A DNA stretch of 64,000 bases, from positions 1 to 64,000 of IMG/VR virus record IMGVR_UViG_3300050821_002957. The stretch is one strand, 5' to 3'. How positions within the stretch are numbered: the stretch's first letter is position 1; the number at the start of each line of letters is the position of its first letter. Below the pieces are notes generated by a model that saw only the letters and a list, made by a program, of their open reading frames with translations, made no database searches and had not been told where the DNA came from. Positions 32,369 through 41,748 of the stretch are shown piece by piece. Made by a program: the position numbers and the translations under genes.

Positions 32369-34753
32369 TTAATCGAATGTTCCAACTACCTCTGAGAAGT
32401 CAACTCCCGTTCTGACAGCTACGAAATTAAGCTGAATGAAGTTGATCGAACGAGCAGGCTTGATATAGATGTCACCAACGAATTGGTTTGCATCAATAAC
32501 TGTCGGCGTGTTGTTTGTAGAGTCACAGACCACACGGAAGTCGTAGATACCACGCTGGCCTTCAACCTGACGAAGGTACGGCTCGACCATGCTGACGAAT
32601 GATGCCTGAGTAAACTGATCGTTGAACTCAAACAACGTGAATTTCGCAGCAGTTGCAATTGCCTTTTCTAGCGTAATGAACAAGCGACGAACGTTGATAC
32701 GGTCGAATGCGCTTGGTTTCGCCAAGAATGTTTTGTCGCCGAAAAGAACAGTGCCAAGACCTGGGCTAGTGATAACCGGGTTGACCGACGACTGATACAA
32801 CAAGTCACGGTAGGCTTGACGAGGATTCCAAGCAAGGCGAACAACGTTCTGAATATTTCCACGGTTATAGCCAGCCGGGGACCACCAAGGAGCATTCGTC
32901 TTGTCTGTACGAGCACAAAGACCAGCGATGTCACCATTGAGCGGAACCCAACGGTAAATGTCATTGTACTGATCGTACTGATACTTCCAACCGCTGTCCA
33001 TGAATGCGTACGACGAATCAGGAAGCGTATTGGCGTAAGCAATAATGTCAGTTGCTTCGTTGCCAGCATTGTTCAAAACAGTCTCAAGCGGCGGCGACAT
33101 GAAAGTCACACAGTCGAGACGGGATTCAGCAATGTCATTGATCAAGAATGTCGTGACCGTTGAATCATTGTCTGCGGCAAGAAGAAGCGTAATGTCGATG
33201 TCTTCTGCGGACTGGAAGTAGGTGTAACCGTTAATGATGTCGCCATCAAGAATTGCTGCGTTACCATCTACACCACCAGAGAGCGGGATAGTCAGAGCGC
33301 CACCTGCCACAACACTGACAGTACCAGCAGCACTTGAAGATACGCCGGTTACAGAGTCAGTTGCTACGAAAGATCCAGAGACCGGAGCAATTTCCAATTC
33401 AGGAGAAGCCCAAGAGATGACCTTACCAGAGATTGTCGAATAACCTGTACCAGCGGCAACGATAGTGTAAGAGACAACCTCAGTTGCCGTTCCACCAGTT
33501 CCAAGAACTGCTGTGATTGTTGCGCCAGAACCCGGTCCAGTGACATGAACAACAGGTGCAGCCGTGTATCCTGTACCAGCAGCCGTAGGTGTGACTGCGA
33601 TAACTGCTCCACTGCCATTTACTGTGATCGATGCTGTTGCACCAGTGCCAGGAGATGTAATTGTGATTGTCGGTGCGGTTACAGTGTATGCGCCGGTGAC
33701 CGTTACGTTGATGGCTGTTACTCCACCACCAGAAACAGTTGCGACTGCGCTCGAATAAGTTCCGTTTCCACCTACAACGGTGACGGTTGGAGCAGCAAGA
33801 TAACCAGTACCAGGAGCAGTGACGGTTAAGGAAATAACTCCCGTTCCGCCGCCGACCAAAGCTGTACCAGTTGCGGTTGCGCCAGTGCCAGAAGGTGTGA
33901 CGGTAACTGCTGCGGCGTCACGAACTGTTTCGCCAACTGTGAATGTTCCTGTGATGCCGGTCAAGGTCAACTTGGTGGACATCGTGTCATAATCTACGGT
34001 TGCATCGCCGCCCCAATTTACTGCGGTCGAGATTCCCAAATCATCTTCAGACGGGAAATCCATCCACCAGATGTAATTGGATTGACGATTCAAAACTTCA
34101 GCATAGTAAATCGTGCTGCCATCTTCATATGTTGCAACTGCCGATTTTGACAAGAATGGAAAGCGCTCAAGAACCTGACCAGGAGTGCCGGTCCAATATC
34201 CGAGGCTGTCTACCGTTACGACGTGAATTTCGTCGTTCGATCCGCCGCCATTTGCAATGACTGTCGAAGTGTTTGGTGGTCCATCGAAGGACGTTGCATA
34301 TTGCCAATTTGCAAAGCTGTTAACGTCGGCCATCGAAACGGTGACGCTGTTTCCAGGTGTACCGGCGTACTTTGCTGCGAACTGTCCTACGTCACCTTGA
34401 CCCATGCTATAGGTTGCAAGATAAGTGTCTTCGTTGTCGATCAGCAAACCAGTGCCATCGGCGGTCGCATTTTTATGTGCGCCCTCACCTGTTGCACGAA
34501 TTACACGAACCGTTTGGAGTGCATTTGCATAAGCCAAGAAGTTGTAACAAGTGAACCAAGTGTTTGCCGTCTCATTGTCTGGATTACCGAATTCGGAAAT
34601 GAGCGTAATTGCGCTATCGATTAACTGAGGCTTGTTAGCGGGTCCCCATTGAAATTTTCCAGCGATTGCACCGATTGTCGTCGCAACAGCGGGTACAATA
34701 GTGGTCAGGTCGATTTCGGTTACGCTTACGCCTGGACTGAGTTGAAATCCCAT
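32369..34753 (-). CDS. g18: Tail sheath protein (T4 gp18 family) with G/T/A/V-rich insertion
   Basis: SPGVSVTEIDLT, WVPLNGDIAGLCARTD...WWSPAG.NRG.I, FDRINVRRLF, YIKPARSINFIQLNFVA.RTGV.F. Confidence 0.97.
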   Translation of the reverse strand: MGFQLSPGVSVTEIDLTTIVPAVATTIGAIAGKFQWGPANKPQLIDSAITLISEFGNPDNETANTWFTCYNFLAYANALQTVRVIRATGEGAHKNATADGTGLLIDNEDTYLATYSMGQGDVGQFAAKYAGTPGNSVTVSMADVNSFANWQYATSFDGPPNTSTVIANGGGSNDEIHVVTVDSLGYWTGTPGQVLERFPFLSKSAVATYEDGSTIYYAEVLNRQSNYIWWMDFPSEDDLGISTAVNWGGDATVDYDTMSTKLTLTGITGTFTVGETVRDAAAVTVTPSGTGATATGTALVGGGTGVISLTVTAPGTGYLAAPTVTVVGGNGTYSSAVATVSGGGVTAINVTVTGAYTVTAPTITITSPGTGATASITVNGSGAVIAVTPTAAGTGYTAAPVVHVTGPGSGATITAVLGTGGTATEVVSYTIVAAGTGYSTISGKVISWASPELEIAPVSGSFVATDSVTGVSSSAAGTVSVVAGGALTIPLSGGVDGNAAILDGDIINGYTYFQSAEDIDITLLLAADNDSTVTTFLINDIAESRLDCVTFMSPPLETVLNNAGNEATDIIAYANTLPDSSYAFMDSGWKYQYDQYNDIYRWVPLNGDIAGLCARTDKTNAPWWSPAGYNRGNIQNVVRLAWNPRQAYRDLLYQSSVNPVITSPGLGTVLFGDKTFLAKPSAFDRINVRRLFITLEKAIATAAKFTLFEFNDQFTQASFVSMVEPYLRQVEGQRGIYDFRVVCDSTNNTPTVIDANQFVGDIYIKPARSINFIQLNFVAVRTGVDFSEVVGTFD

Positions 34754-34802
34754 GTAATTTGTTCTCCTTCGATTGGTTCTTTATCCAAAAGGCTTCTCAA
34801 CC

Positions 34803-34809
34803 TATTTAG
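34803..34809 (-). promoter_or_regulatory. Late promoter CTAAATA
   Basis: Upstream of g18; contains TAA stop of the endonuclease. Confidence 0.7.
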
Positions 34810-35318
34810 AGGTTTGAAGCATTTGCGGTGACAGCTATATTGGTGGAAACCAAAATTTGAGCGAACTCCAACAATTCGTTGTGAGTGTTCTCTCCTTTTG
34901 CTGAGTTATAAATCCAAACCACAAGTCTGACGTTTGTTTTTGTATATCCTTTTGCCGGATCTTCACGATCAAGCGATGGAGCATATTTATTCTTTGCTGT
35001 CGCCGCTGACTCAAAATCAAAAGCTATGCCAGTCACGTCACACTTACCAGCTTGAAGTTTGGGTAGAAGCCACTCGAATGTAAGATCAAATGGAACTCCA
35101 ATTTTCTTAGCTCGACTTTCTGCGTTATACAATAATCGTTTTGCCCTTCGGTCCAAAGATGTCAAATTTACTCTTTTCAATTTTTTATATGAAGGTTGAC
35201 TTCTTTTTGACAAACGGAAGGCTTCCATTTCAACTTCTGTCACTGGTAAACCCTTCCGCAGCTTTACTCCGGTAGAATATTCAGATTTTCCTTTATAGGG
35301 TTTACATTTGCGTATCAT
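34806..35318 (-). CDS. HNH-like homing endonuclease
   Basis: NAESRAKK, GKCDVTG..F, APSLDRED..KGYT..NVRLVVWIYN.AK. Confidence 0.8.
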   Translation of the reverse strand: MIRKCKPYKGKSEYSTGVKLRKGLPVTEVEMEAFRLSKRSQPSYKKLKRVNLTSLDRRAKRLLYNAESRAKKIGVPFDLTFEWLLPKLQAGKCDVTGIAFDFESAATAKNKYAPSLDREDPAKGYTKTNVRLVVWIYNSAKGENTHNELLEFAQILVSTNIAVTANASNL

Positions 35319-36994
35319 AACCTTGGACCCCAGTTAGTATCTGGCTCGTCAAATGCCGAAGAGATGAAGCCAAAAGGAACAATGTCTTCTTCGAGTGCAG
35401 CATTATAATCACGTTTTAATTGGCTATACACATCGGTATCAGTCAACTCTTTAAAGTACTTCTGATTGACCAACCATCCAAAATTCACTAGACACATTGC
35501 CAAGTCATCATGCTTACCTTCTTCAGCAGCGTATGAATTCCGCACCGAAATAAACGATGTCAACTCTTGAATGATCTGGTAATCATAAACGAGCAGCTTG
35601 TCCGCTTCGATCAACGTCTTCAAGTTGCCGCAGCCAATTCGTTTGGTTCCCTTGTTCGAGCGAAGACCAAACTCTACATTCTTAGTGAAGCCGCCGCCGA
35701 CCTGAGTACCTTTTCCCTTCGTCGTCGTCGTAATAATATTCTCGTACTCCTGTTCCATCTGGAGTGACTTCGCAACGTCATTGTCGTTTGTCTCAACCAT
35801 CACGTATGCGCTATTGTATTTAGTCGCTGCCTGAGCTATTACATCCGGGAACAACATGGGGGTAATCTTGTCGGACTGATACTTCGCCACAACCTGATAA
35901 GGCATAGTTGTGATGTCAAAAATGATGAAAGCCGAAGCGTCCAATTCCTTTCCGCCTGCCACGTCCGCTGTCAGAACGTACTGATGTCCATTGGCTGGTG
36001 GAGTGTGAACATCCAGCTTTGCTTCTGAACCATCTATAAACTGCGAATAACGAAGTTGAATGGTGCCTAATGGTGACTTCCATGTCTTCATCATCAATTC
36101 CAATTTGTTATGATCGATGAGAGTGTTGCTTGAACCAATAAATTCGCATTCAAACTCTTGGCGGAATTGAGAATCGCTGGTCAAAGAAATTGTTTTCTGT
36201 TTCCATTTTTGGTCACGCAGTCCAGTGCCGTCAGGTTTGGGAACCATACTCCAATGAATGGCGAACGGTTCATAACCATTCCATTTGATTTGTGGATCGG
36301 GTGAGTTTCGAGGATTATTTGCCTGCGTCCACATGGCGTGAAACATGTTCATACCATTTGGTGTCGAGACGATGATGACCTTTGTGGTTTCACCAGACGA
36401 AATTGTCGGATAGACCGATTTGAAGAAGTCATCGGCAATGTGCGCCGGAACGAATGCGAACTCATCAAGGAAGATCAGGTTGAAAGCGTTACCACGTATT
36501 GCATCGGATGCTGTGGACGATGCCATGATCTTGCATCCGTTCTCAAGTTCGATGTTTCCTTTGTTCCATTCAATGACGCCCTGCTGCATCCACTTCGGAA
36601 TTCCCATGTACGATTTCTTGAGATCGCTGAGGAGCTTCTGGGCTGTCTTGTATTTGTTTGCCAGGATTGCTATGTTCTGCTGCTCTTTGAATAAGATGGT
36701 CCAGAGTAAGAACGCACAAGTAGTAATTGACTTTCCTACCTGACGAGGACACTTGACGATGTTGAATCGGTTATGGACAAACTTAAGAACCATCTTCTCT
36801 TGAAAGTCGTACAACTCGAAAGGAATCTCGCCTCGATCTACGTTCACGATCTTGACGTAATGTTTGATGAAGTAAATTGGATCTTCCGAACACTTCTGAT
36901 ATTCTGTTAGCTGCTGTAATGTAAACTGCTGACTGACGCCTTCTGCCTTGAGCTTCGGATTTCCAAGGTAAGACGTTGAGGTACTTCTAGGCAT
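35315..36994 (-). CDS. g17: Terminase large subunit (T4 gp17 family)
   Basis: CPRQVGKS Walker A, IFLDEFAFV, IIVSTPNG, FRQEFECEF.GS, DVAGG, HDDLAM. Confidence 0.97.
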   Translation of the reverse strand: MPRSTSTSYLGNPKLKAEGVSQQFTLQQLTEYQKCSEDPIYFIKHYVKIVNVDRGEIPFELYDFQEKMVLKFVHNRFNIVKCPRQVGKSITTCAFLLWTILFKEQQNIAILANKYKTAQKLLSDLKKSYMGIPKWMQQGVIEWNKGNIELENGCKIMASSTASDAIRGNAFNLIFLDEFAFVPAHIADDFFKSVYPTISSGETTKVIIVSTPNGMNMFHAMWTQANNPRNSPDPQIKWNGYEPFAIHWSMVPKPDGTGLRDQKWKQKTISLTSDSQFRQEFECEFIGSSNTLIDHNKLELMMKTWKSPLGTIQLRYSQFIDGSEAKLDVHTPPANGHQYVLTADVAGGKELDASAFIIFDITTMPYQVVAKYQSDKITPMLFPDVIAQAATKYNSAYVMVETNDNDVAKSLQMEQEYENIITTTTKGKGTQVGGGFTKNVEFGLRSNKGTKRIGCGNLKTLIEADKLLVYDYQIIQELTSFISVRNSYAAEEGKHDDLAMCLVNFGWLVNQKYFKELTDTDVYSQLKRDYNAALEEDIVPFGFISSAFDEPDTNWGPRL

Positions 36995-36997
36995 GTT

Positions 36998-37039
36998 TTC
37001 TCCACTTCGTAAACTGTTGATTATTTAGGAAGTGGAGAA
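36998..37039 (-). promoter_or_regulatory. 11 bp hairpin occluding g17 SD, with late promoter CTAAATA (37022-37028) in its loop
   Basis: Minus strand TTCTCCACTTC-CTAAATA...-GAAGTGGAGAA-AAC-ATG. Confidence 0.75.
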
Positions 37040-37078
37040 TTTTGCCGTCTATATTTTGACCGTTTTGATATGCGGGAA

Positions 37079-37699
37079 CTACGGTTTTACAAGTTCGATG
37101 AGAGCGATCTGAACTTTAAAAGATGAGGTCGCCGCCGTTGTGAGTGCCGTCAACTCAACAAGATTACTTACAGTCGAATTGAACGCACTCGTGTTACATC
37201 TGTTGTTAAACACAAAATCACTACTGCAAAATCCTGTGGAAACCGGGCCGGATGACAAAGTTTGGAAACTTCCAATGCCATTAGCTGAACTGCCAATCGA
37301 TGTTACTGTGACTACAGATTCAATTTTGAACGGCGCTCCCCCAGTAAAACTATTCAACGGCAAAATTCCTGAGTCAACAATCACAGATCCGGTCAGCGTG
37401 GTAGGTCCGATTCTAAGTTTGAATTGAAAGCTATCAGTGTTGACGATGGTAATAGCTTCACCATGTGCTGTGATGCGATAGGTTGTGCCTACTTGAAACG
37501 TATTGGCCGGAACTGTTGTTGAGAGAACTGAAATCTCCGAATTGGTAACAGTTACAGGCGTCGTGAGTGTGGCTTGACCGGGAAATGATGAAGCTGGTGT
37601 CCATTGTGAAGTGGTAGAATTCCATACCAAAGACTGTTTATTGACCGGAGCAGTTGGTGCTACTGCATTTCCTTGAAGACCAGTAATTGTAATATCCAT
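37079..37699 (-). CDS. Putative virion/fibre protein
   Basis: T/S/G-rich beta-structure composition; AGGAGG SD. Confidence 0.65.
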   Translation of the reverse strand: MDITITGLQGNAVAPTAPVNKQSLVWNSTTSQWTPASSFPGQATLTTPVTVTNSEISVLSTTVPANTFQVGTTYRITAHGEAITIVNTDSFQFKLRIGPTTLTGSVIVDSGILPLNSFTGGAPFKIESVVTVTSIGSSANGIGSFQTLSSGPVSTGFCSSDFVFNNRCNTSAFNSTVSNLVELTALTTAATSSFKVQIALIELVKP

Positions 37700-37721
37700 G
37701 TTTCCTCCTAAATTGCCTTAA

Positions 37722-37728
37722 TATTTAG
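37722..37728 (-). promoter_or_regulatory. Late promoter CTAAATA
   Basis: Contains TAA stop of 37725..39053. Confidence 0.65.
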
Positions 37729-39053
37729 ATGTCAGTCTGAATTTGCGTGAGGCGATAAAGGTTCGTGCCGTCACAATAAAAGGCTTGAATATTATGTTTT
37801 GATGCAGCCACGCCGACGTTCGTTCCGCCGCCGAAAACATTTCCCGGCCACGTCAGTGCATAGTTGGTTGTCGTGCCATCATGGATGAAATCGAACACGA
37901 CCATTTGTCCTGTACCGAGACCCGATAATGCAATAGTCGTTGCCGATGTAATGGTCATCTGCTGAATCGATCCGAGAGTCAAATTGAAAGTTGGCGTAGC
38001 GCTCGAAGAAACTACGTTGATGTTATGGAATACTGCGCCGATTCCTGCGTTGCCTGCGCCATCACGAAGAACAATTTCTGATGCAACTGCTGAGGGAGTT
38101 GCATTATTTGCAAGTGTGACACCATCAGCAACAACGGAGGCTCCAAGGCCACCCACTGAAACAATTATAGGATTAGGATAATTAGAACCTAAATCGCCAC
38201 CTGCTCCACCGCTAGGAGAAACACCAGAAATTGCGACTGCCGATGCTGCTGTAATTCGACCCTTTGCATCTACTGTAATATGAGCTACATGAGTGGCGTC
38301 ACCGTAAGTATTTGCGGTCACACCTGATGCTGAAAGAGTAGTGACCATACCAGACGAAGTGACATCACCAGTCAAATTTCCAGTGATGGTTGCTGCTGAT
38401 CCATTGCAATTTCCAGTTACGTTTCCGATGAACGATGCTGTAATGACGTTCGCCGAGAAGTTACCCGAAGAATCACGTTTGACAATGGTGCTGGCGGTTG
38501 CTGAGTTTGTCGCATTGTTTGTCAACGAAGTCGCATTGGCAATGTTCGATGCCGTCTGTCCACCTACTGTGACAACTGACGGACTAGGATAGTTTGATCC
38601 AAGATCGCCTGATGCTGCACCAGCCGGAACAACACCAGCAATAGTAACCGGCGAAATCGAAGTGATCAATCCTTGAGCATTGACAGCAATTACAGCGGAT
38701 TGAGTTGCTGAACCTACTGTGCCTGCGCCCGAGGTATTGTTATTTGCCAATGAGACCGTAGTTCTGTTGTTCGGTGTGTCGTTGGATGCCGTAAATAAAT
38801 TTGAAAGGTTAAGGATTGGCTGGACGGTTTGCAGTGTACCAGCGATTTCTAAACTCTGATACCCAAGACCAGAGACATCGGTTTCTACGTGAGTATGACC
38901 AACTTTGGAAAGATAATGACCACCATTTGTAGAACCATCTTGGACAGAAATCGTATACTGCGTCGTATCAATTAATAATTCGCCGTTTTGTCCTGCGTAT
39001 GTAGAAAGTTGGGTGGTTGTTCCACGCCGAAATTGGAGTACTGTTGATGACAT
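37725..39053 (-). CDS. Tail fibre-like protein with Mtd_N/hyaluronidase-type N-terminal domain and internal duplication
   Basis: LQFRRGTT...GELLIDT...VQDGSTNGG; GDLGSNYP repeat twice. Confidence 0.75.
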   Translation of the reverse strand: MSSTVLQFRRGTTTQLSTYAGQNGELLIDTTQYTISVQDGSTNGGHYLSKVGHTHVETDVSGLGYQSLEIAGTLQTVQPILNLSNLFTASNDTPNNRTTVSLANNNTSGAGTVGSATQSAVIAVNAQGLITSISPVTIAGVVPAGAASGDLGSNYPSPSVVTVGGQTASNIANATSLTNNATNSATASTIVKRDSSGNFSANVITASFIGNVTGNCNGSAATITGNLTGDVTSSGMVTTLSASGVTANTYGDATHVAHITVDAKGRITAASAVAISGVSPSGGAGGDLGSNYPNPIIVSVGGLGASVVADGVTLANNATPSAVASEIVLRDGAGNAGIGAVFHNINVVSSSATPTFNLTLGSIQQMTITSATTIALSGLGTGQMVVFDFIHDGTTTNYALTWPGNVFGGGTNVGVAASKHNIQAFYCDGTNLYRLTQIQTDI

Positions 39054-39087
39054 TGTTCCTCTTCGTCAAATATATAGGCCATTCGTT

Positions 39088-40749
39088 TTAAGGAACAGTG
39101 CCCAAATCCGTGACGAATGCAAGAGTGACGTTATTCCCTGCGCCGCCATCTGTCAACGTAAGTCCAGACCCAACTGCAAGAACACGTTCGCCGGTCAAAG
39201 AACCATTCGTTGCCAAAGTCACATACTGTGCTGTTGTAGGTGCGCCACCGCCTCCACCAGATGCCGACAGAGTGATGTCTACTCGATTTGCTCCAGAATT
39301 ATCAGTGATAGTTTGTGTGATTCCGCTTCCAGCGATGAAATTCAAATATGAGCGAGTGCCGACTGCCGAGCCAGCGTTCAAAATGTTTACTTGTTCATAG
39401 GTCGAATCTGGCGTCATTCCAATGGTAACGTTTCCTGCAACACCATCTCCGTTTGTGATTGAGATGCCTGTGCCGGGATTGAGAACTCTGGAAATGTACG
39501 ATCCTGATCCGGTACGAACTGCAAAGCCATTTGTCACGATAGACGCAATGGACGACAAATTAGGATTTGAAACTTGGTAGACCGTATTTGTAGTGGCCGT
39601 AATGCGTCCATAAGCGTCCACAGTGAAGTTTCCATACGTTCCTGGGGTCAAACCACCGATGGTCGCTAAATCAACGCCACTGCTGCCTACAGCGATGCGG
39701 CTAGAACTTACCGTCTGGACGCTTACTGTGCTGCCAGAGACAGTAATACCATTTCCAGCGGTAACCGATCCGCCGCCACTAGAAAATGCGACGAAGCTCA
39801 AATTCGTTGTTCCGAGAGTGATTGTTCCTGTTGTTGCCAAGACAAAACCGACATCCGCATTAACTGTACCTGAAGTAACTAGGACAAATAATCCTGGCGA
39901 AACTTCAGCGGAACTGTTTGCATCCAACGAACGAGTCATTGGGGTGGACGCTCCGTTGAAAATGTAAATTCCGTTCGTTGTCTGATCTGTCTGATTTTTG
40001 ACAAGTACTCGGTCGCCATTGTTTAGACTGACCGAATCGATTGTCGTACCAGGAGCCGTCAAATTAACATTGGCTGTCGTTGCTACTCGACAAGCATCTT
40101 TAAACGTCAAGCCGGTTGCTGTAGCATCGACATACTCTTTTGTTGCTGCATCTGTTGCTGAAACTGGATCAGCCAAATTAATGATTTTGTGCCCATTCAA
40201 ACTTACGTCTGCACTTGGTGCTGTAAGTTGATCCAATCGAGTTGACTGAACCGCAGCAGCAAATCCTGTTACCTGGGATGTTGTGATGTTTGGAATATCG
40301 CCAGCACTCAACAAAGTTGCCGATGTGACACGCCCGACCGAATTTACTGTAAGTTTGGTGTACGTGCCGCCTGTTACACCAGAAGGAGACAAGTCAATAG
40401 AAGTTCTGTTTCCTGCACCATCATCAGTGACAGAGAAATTTGCTGAGACGTTCAAAATTCCACGTTGAGTCTGTGGGGTGCCGTTAGCCTGAACCGTTTG
40501 ATACTCTACCGTTCCACCAGTGATTCCGTCCAATTTTGTCTTATCTGCTGCCGACAAAAAACCTGCGGTACTGTCAGTTGCATTTGGGTGAGTATGATCA
40601 AAACGAGACATTGCCCAACCACCGGCAGTCGTTCCGTCATGGACCCGAACTACTTGGGCTGTCGTATCAACTGTGACTTCACCGACTTTTCCTGTGAAGG
40701 ATGTGTGTTGAGAAGTAGTTCCTCTACGAAATTGTATTCCGATTCCCAT
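39088..40749 (-). CDS. Tail fibre-like protein with Mtd_N-type N-terminal domain
   Basis: IQFRRGTT...GEVTVDT...VHDGTTAGG; NLADPVSATDAATKEYVD; RVLVKNQTD.TTNGIY. Confidence 0.75.
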   Translation of the reverse strand: MGIGIQFRRGTTSQHTSFTGKVGEVTVDTTAQVVRVHDGTTAGGWAMSRFDHTHPNATDSTAGFLSAADKTKLDGITGGTVEYQTVQANGTPQTQRGILNVSANFSVTDDGAGNRTSIDLSPSGVTGGTYTKLTVNSVGRVTSATLLSAGDIPNITTSQVTGFAAAVQSTRLDQLTAPSADVSLNGHKIINLADPVSATDAATKEYVDATATGLTFKDACRVATTANVNLTAPGTTIDSVSLNNGDRVLVKNQTDQTTNGIYIFNGASTPMTRSLDANSSAEVSPGLFVLVTSGTVNADVGFVLATTGTITLGTTNLSFVAFSSGGGSVTAGNGITVSGSTVSVQTVSSSRIAVGSSGVDLATIGGLTPGTYGNFTVDAYGRITATTNTVYQVSNPNLSSIASIVTNGFAVRTGSGSYISRVLNPGTGISITNGDGVAGNVTIGMTPDSTYEQVNILNAGSAVGTRSYLNFIAGSGITQTITDNSGANRVDITLSASGGGGGAPTTAQYVTLATNGSLTGERVLAVGSGLTLTDGGAGNNVTLAFVTDLGTVP

Positions 40750-41726
40750 TAGCTTAAATCTCCATAATCAAGGATCAAATCAGCGCTTCCTGTAAAGCTG
40801 AATGATGTTCCATTTGTCACGAGGTAAGACAAGAAACCATCAAAACCGCCCGAGCGAACCGATGCCCCACTGATATAGTTGTAATTGGTTGCTGTTCCGA
40901 GGTACGTATTGCTGCCATTTATGGTCGCCAAGGCAATATCAAAATTTTTGTCCGTCGCAGAAGTACACGCTGTAGTTACCAAAAGACGATACCAACCGCC
41001 ACTCACCGGAACGATAGAAGCATTTGCCAAAGCACCTATTGTGCCAAGCAAACCATTTTCAATATCAAACCACGCCCAACGATGTTCTGAACCTGCAAGA
41101 TTCTGCCCGATCAACATATATTGGACAGAATTGTACTTGGCATAGACTGAGAACGTATAGGTGTTGCCGATGACCAAATTATCAGGTGTAGCAGAAACCA
41201 TGTTGATTCCGCTCGAAGTTCCTTCAAGCATCTTTGTTCCTGGAGACCCATTCGGAAGAGAACCAGAAGTAGTCGGTACAGTAACACCGCTTGCCTTACT
41301 CCAATAGCTTTGAGTGAAATCCTCGCTCCATTCCAACAAATTTTCATTCGTCGCAAATCCAGTGAAATTCGCCTGTGTCAAAAATGAGCCGACACTTTCA
41401 ATTTCCGCCGATACTTGGTTGTGTTGATATGAAAGAATATAGCCGAAGACATTGGTTGCGCTAGTATGAGACGCTGCGGTCGATCCAGCGAATCCACGGA
41501 CACAACTAGTGAAGTTATTGCTGGACGTGCTTTGTGCCAGAATGATTTCACTGTCGATCACAATAAGACAAGGTGTGTTGAAACTAGCCACCGATGTTAC
41601 ACCAATGGTCGTGTCACCTGTTCCGATATTTGCAGTAAGCGTTGTTTCGGCATTGTCGCTGGCAACGCTCAGAATGGTGTCATTCGGGACCACGTAAGGG
41701 AATGCAGGAGTATTTGGATTAGACAT
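40749..41726 (-). CDS. Virion protein with carbohydrate-binding-like C-terminal domain
   Basis: IDSEII..VRG..H N-terminal domain; NLLEWSEDF, YTFSVYAK, GWYRL. Confidence 0.65.
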   Translation of the reverse strand: MSNPNTPAFPYVVPNDTILSVASDNAETTLTANIGTGDTTIGVTSVASFNTPCLIVIDSEIILAQSTSSNNFTSCVRGFAGSTAASHTSATNVFGYILSYQHNQVSAEIESVGSFLTQANFTGFATNENLLEWSEDFTQSYWSKASGVTVPTTSGSLPNGSPGTKMLEGTSSGINMVSATPDNLVIGNTYTFSVYAKYNSVQYMLIGQNLAGSEHRWAWFDIENGLLGTIGALANASIVPVSGGWYRLLVTTACTSATDKNFDIALATINGSNTYLGTATNYNYISGASVRSGGFDGFLSYLVTNGTSFSFTGSADLILDYGDLS

Positions 41727-41735
41727 ATGCGTTTG

Positions 41736-41742
41736 TATTTAG
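41736..41742 (-). promoter_or_regulatory. Late promoter CTAAATA
   Basis: 9 nt before ATG 41726. Confidence 0.65.
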
Positions 41743-41748
41743 TACACT

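Noticed and set aside
35315-36994. Intein or intron in terminase or other core genes
   Set aside because: Lengths are normal and motifs contiguous; the endonucleases are free-standing.
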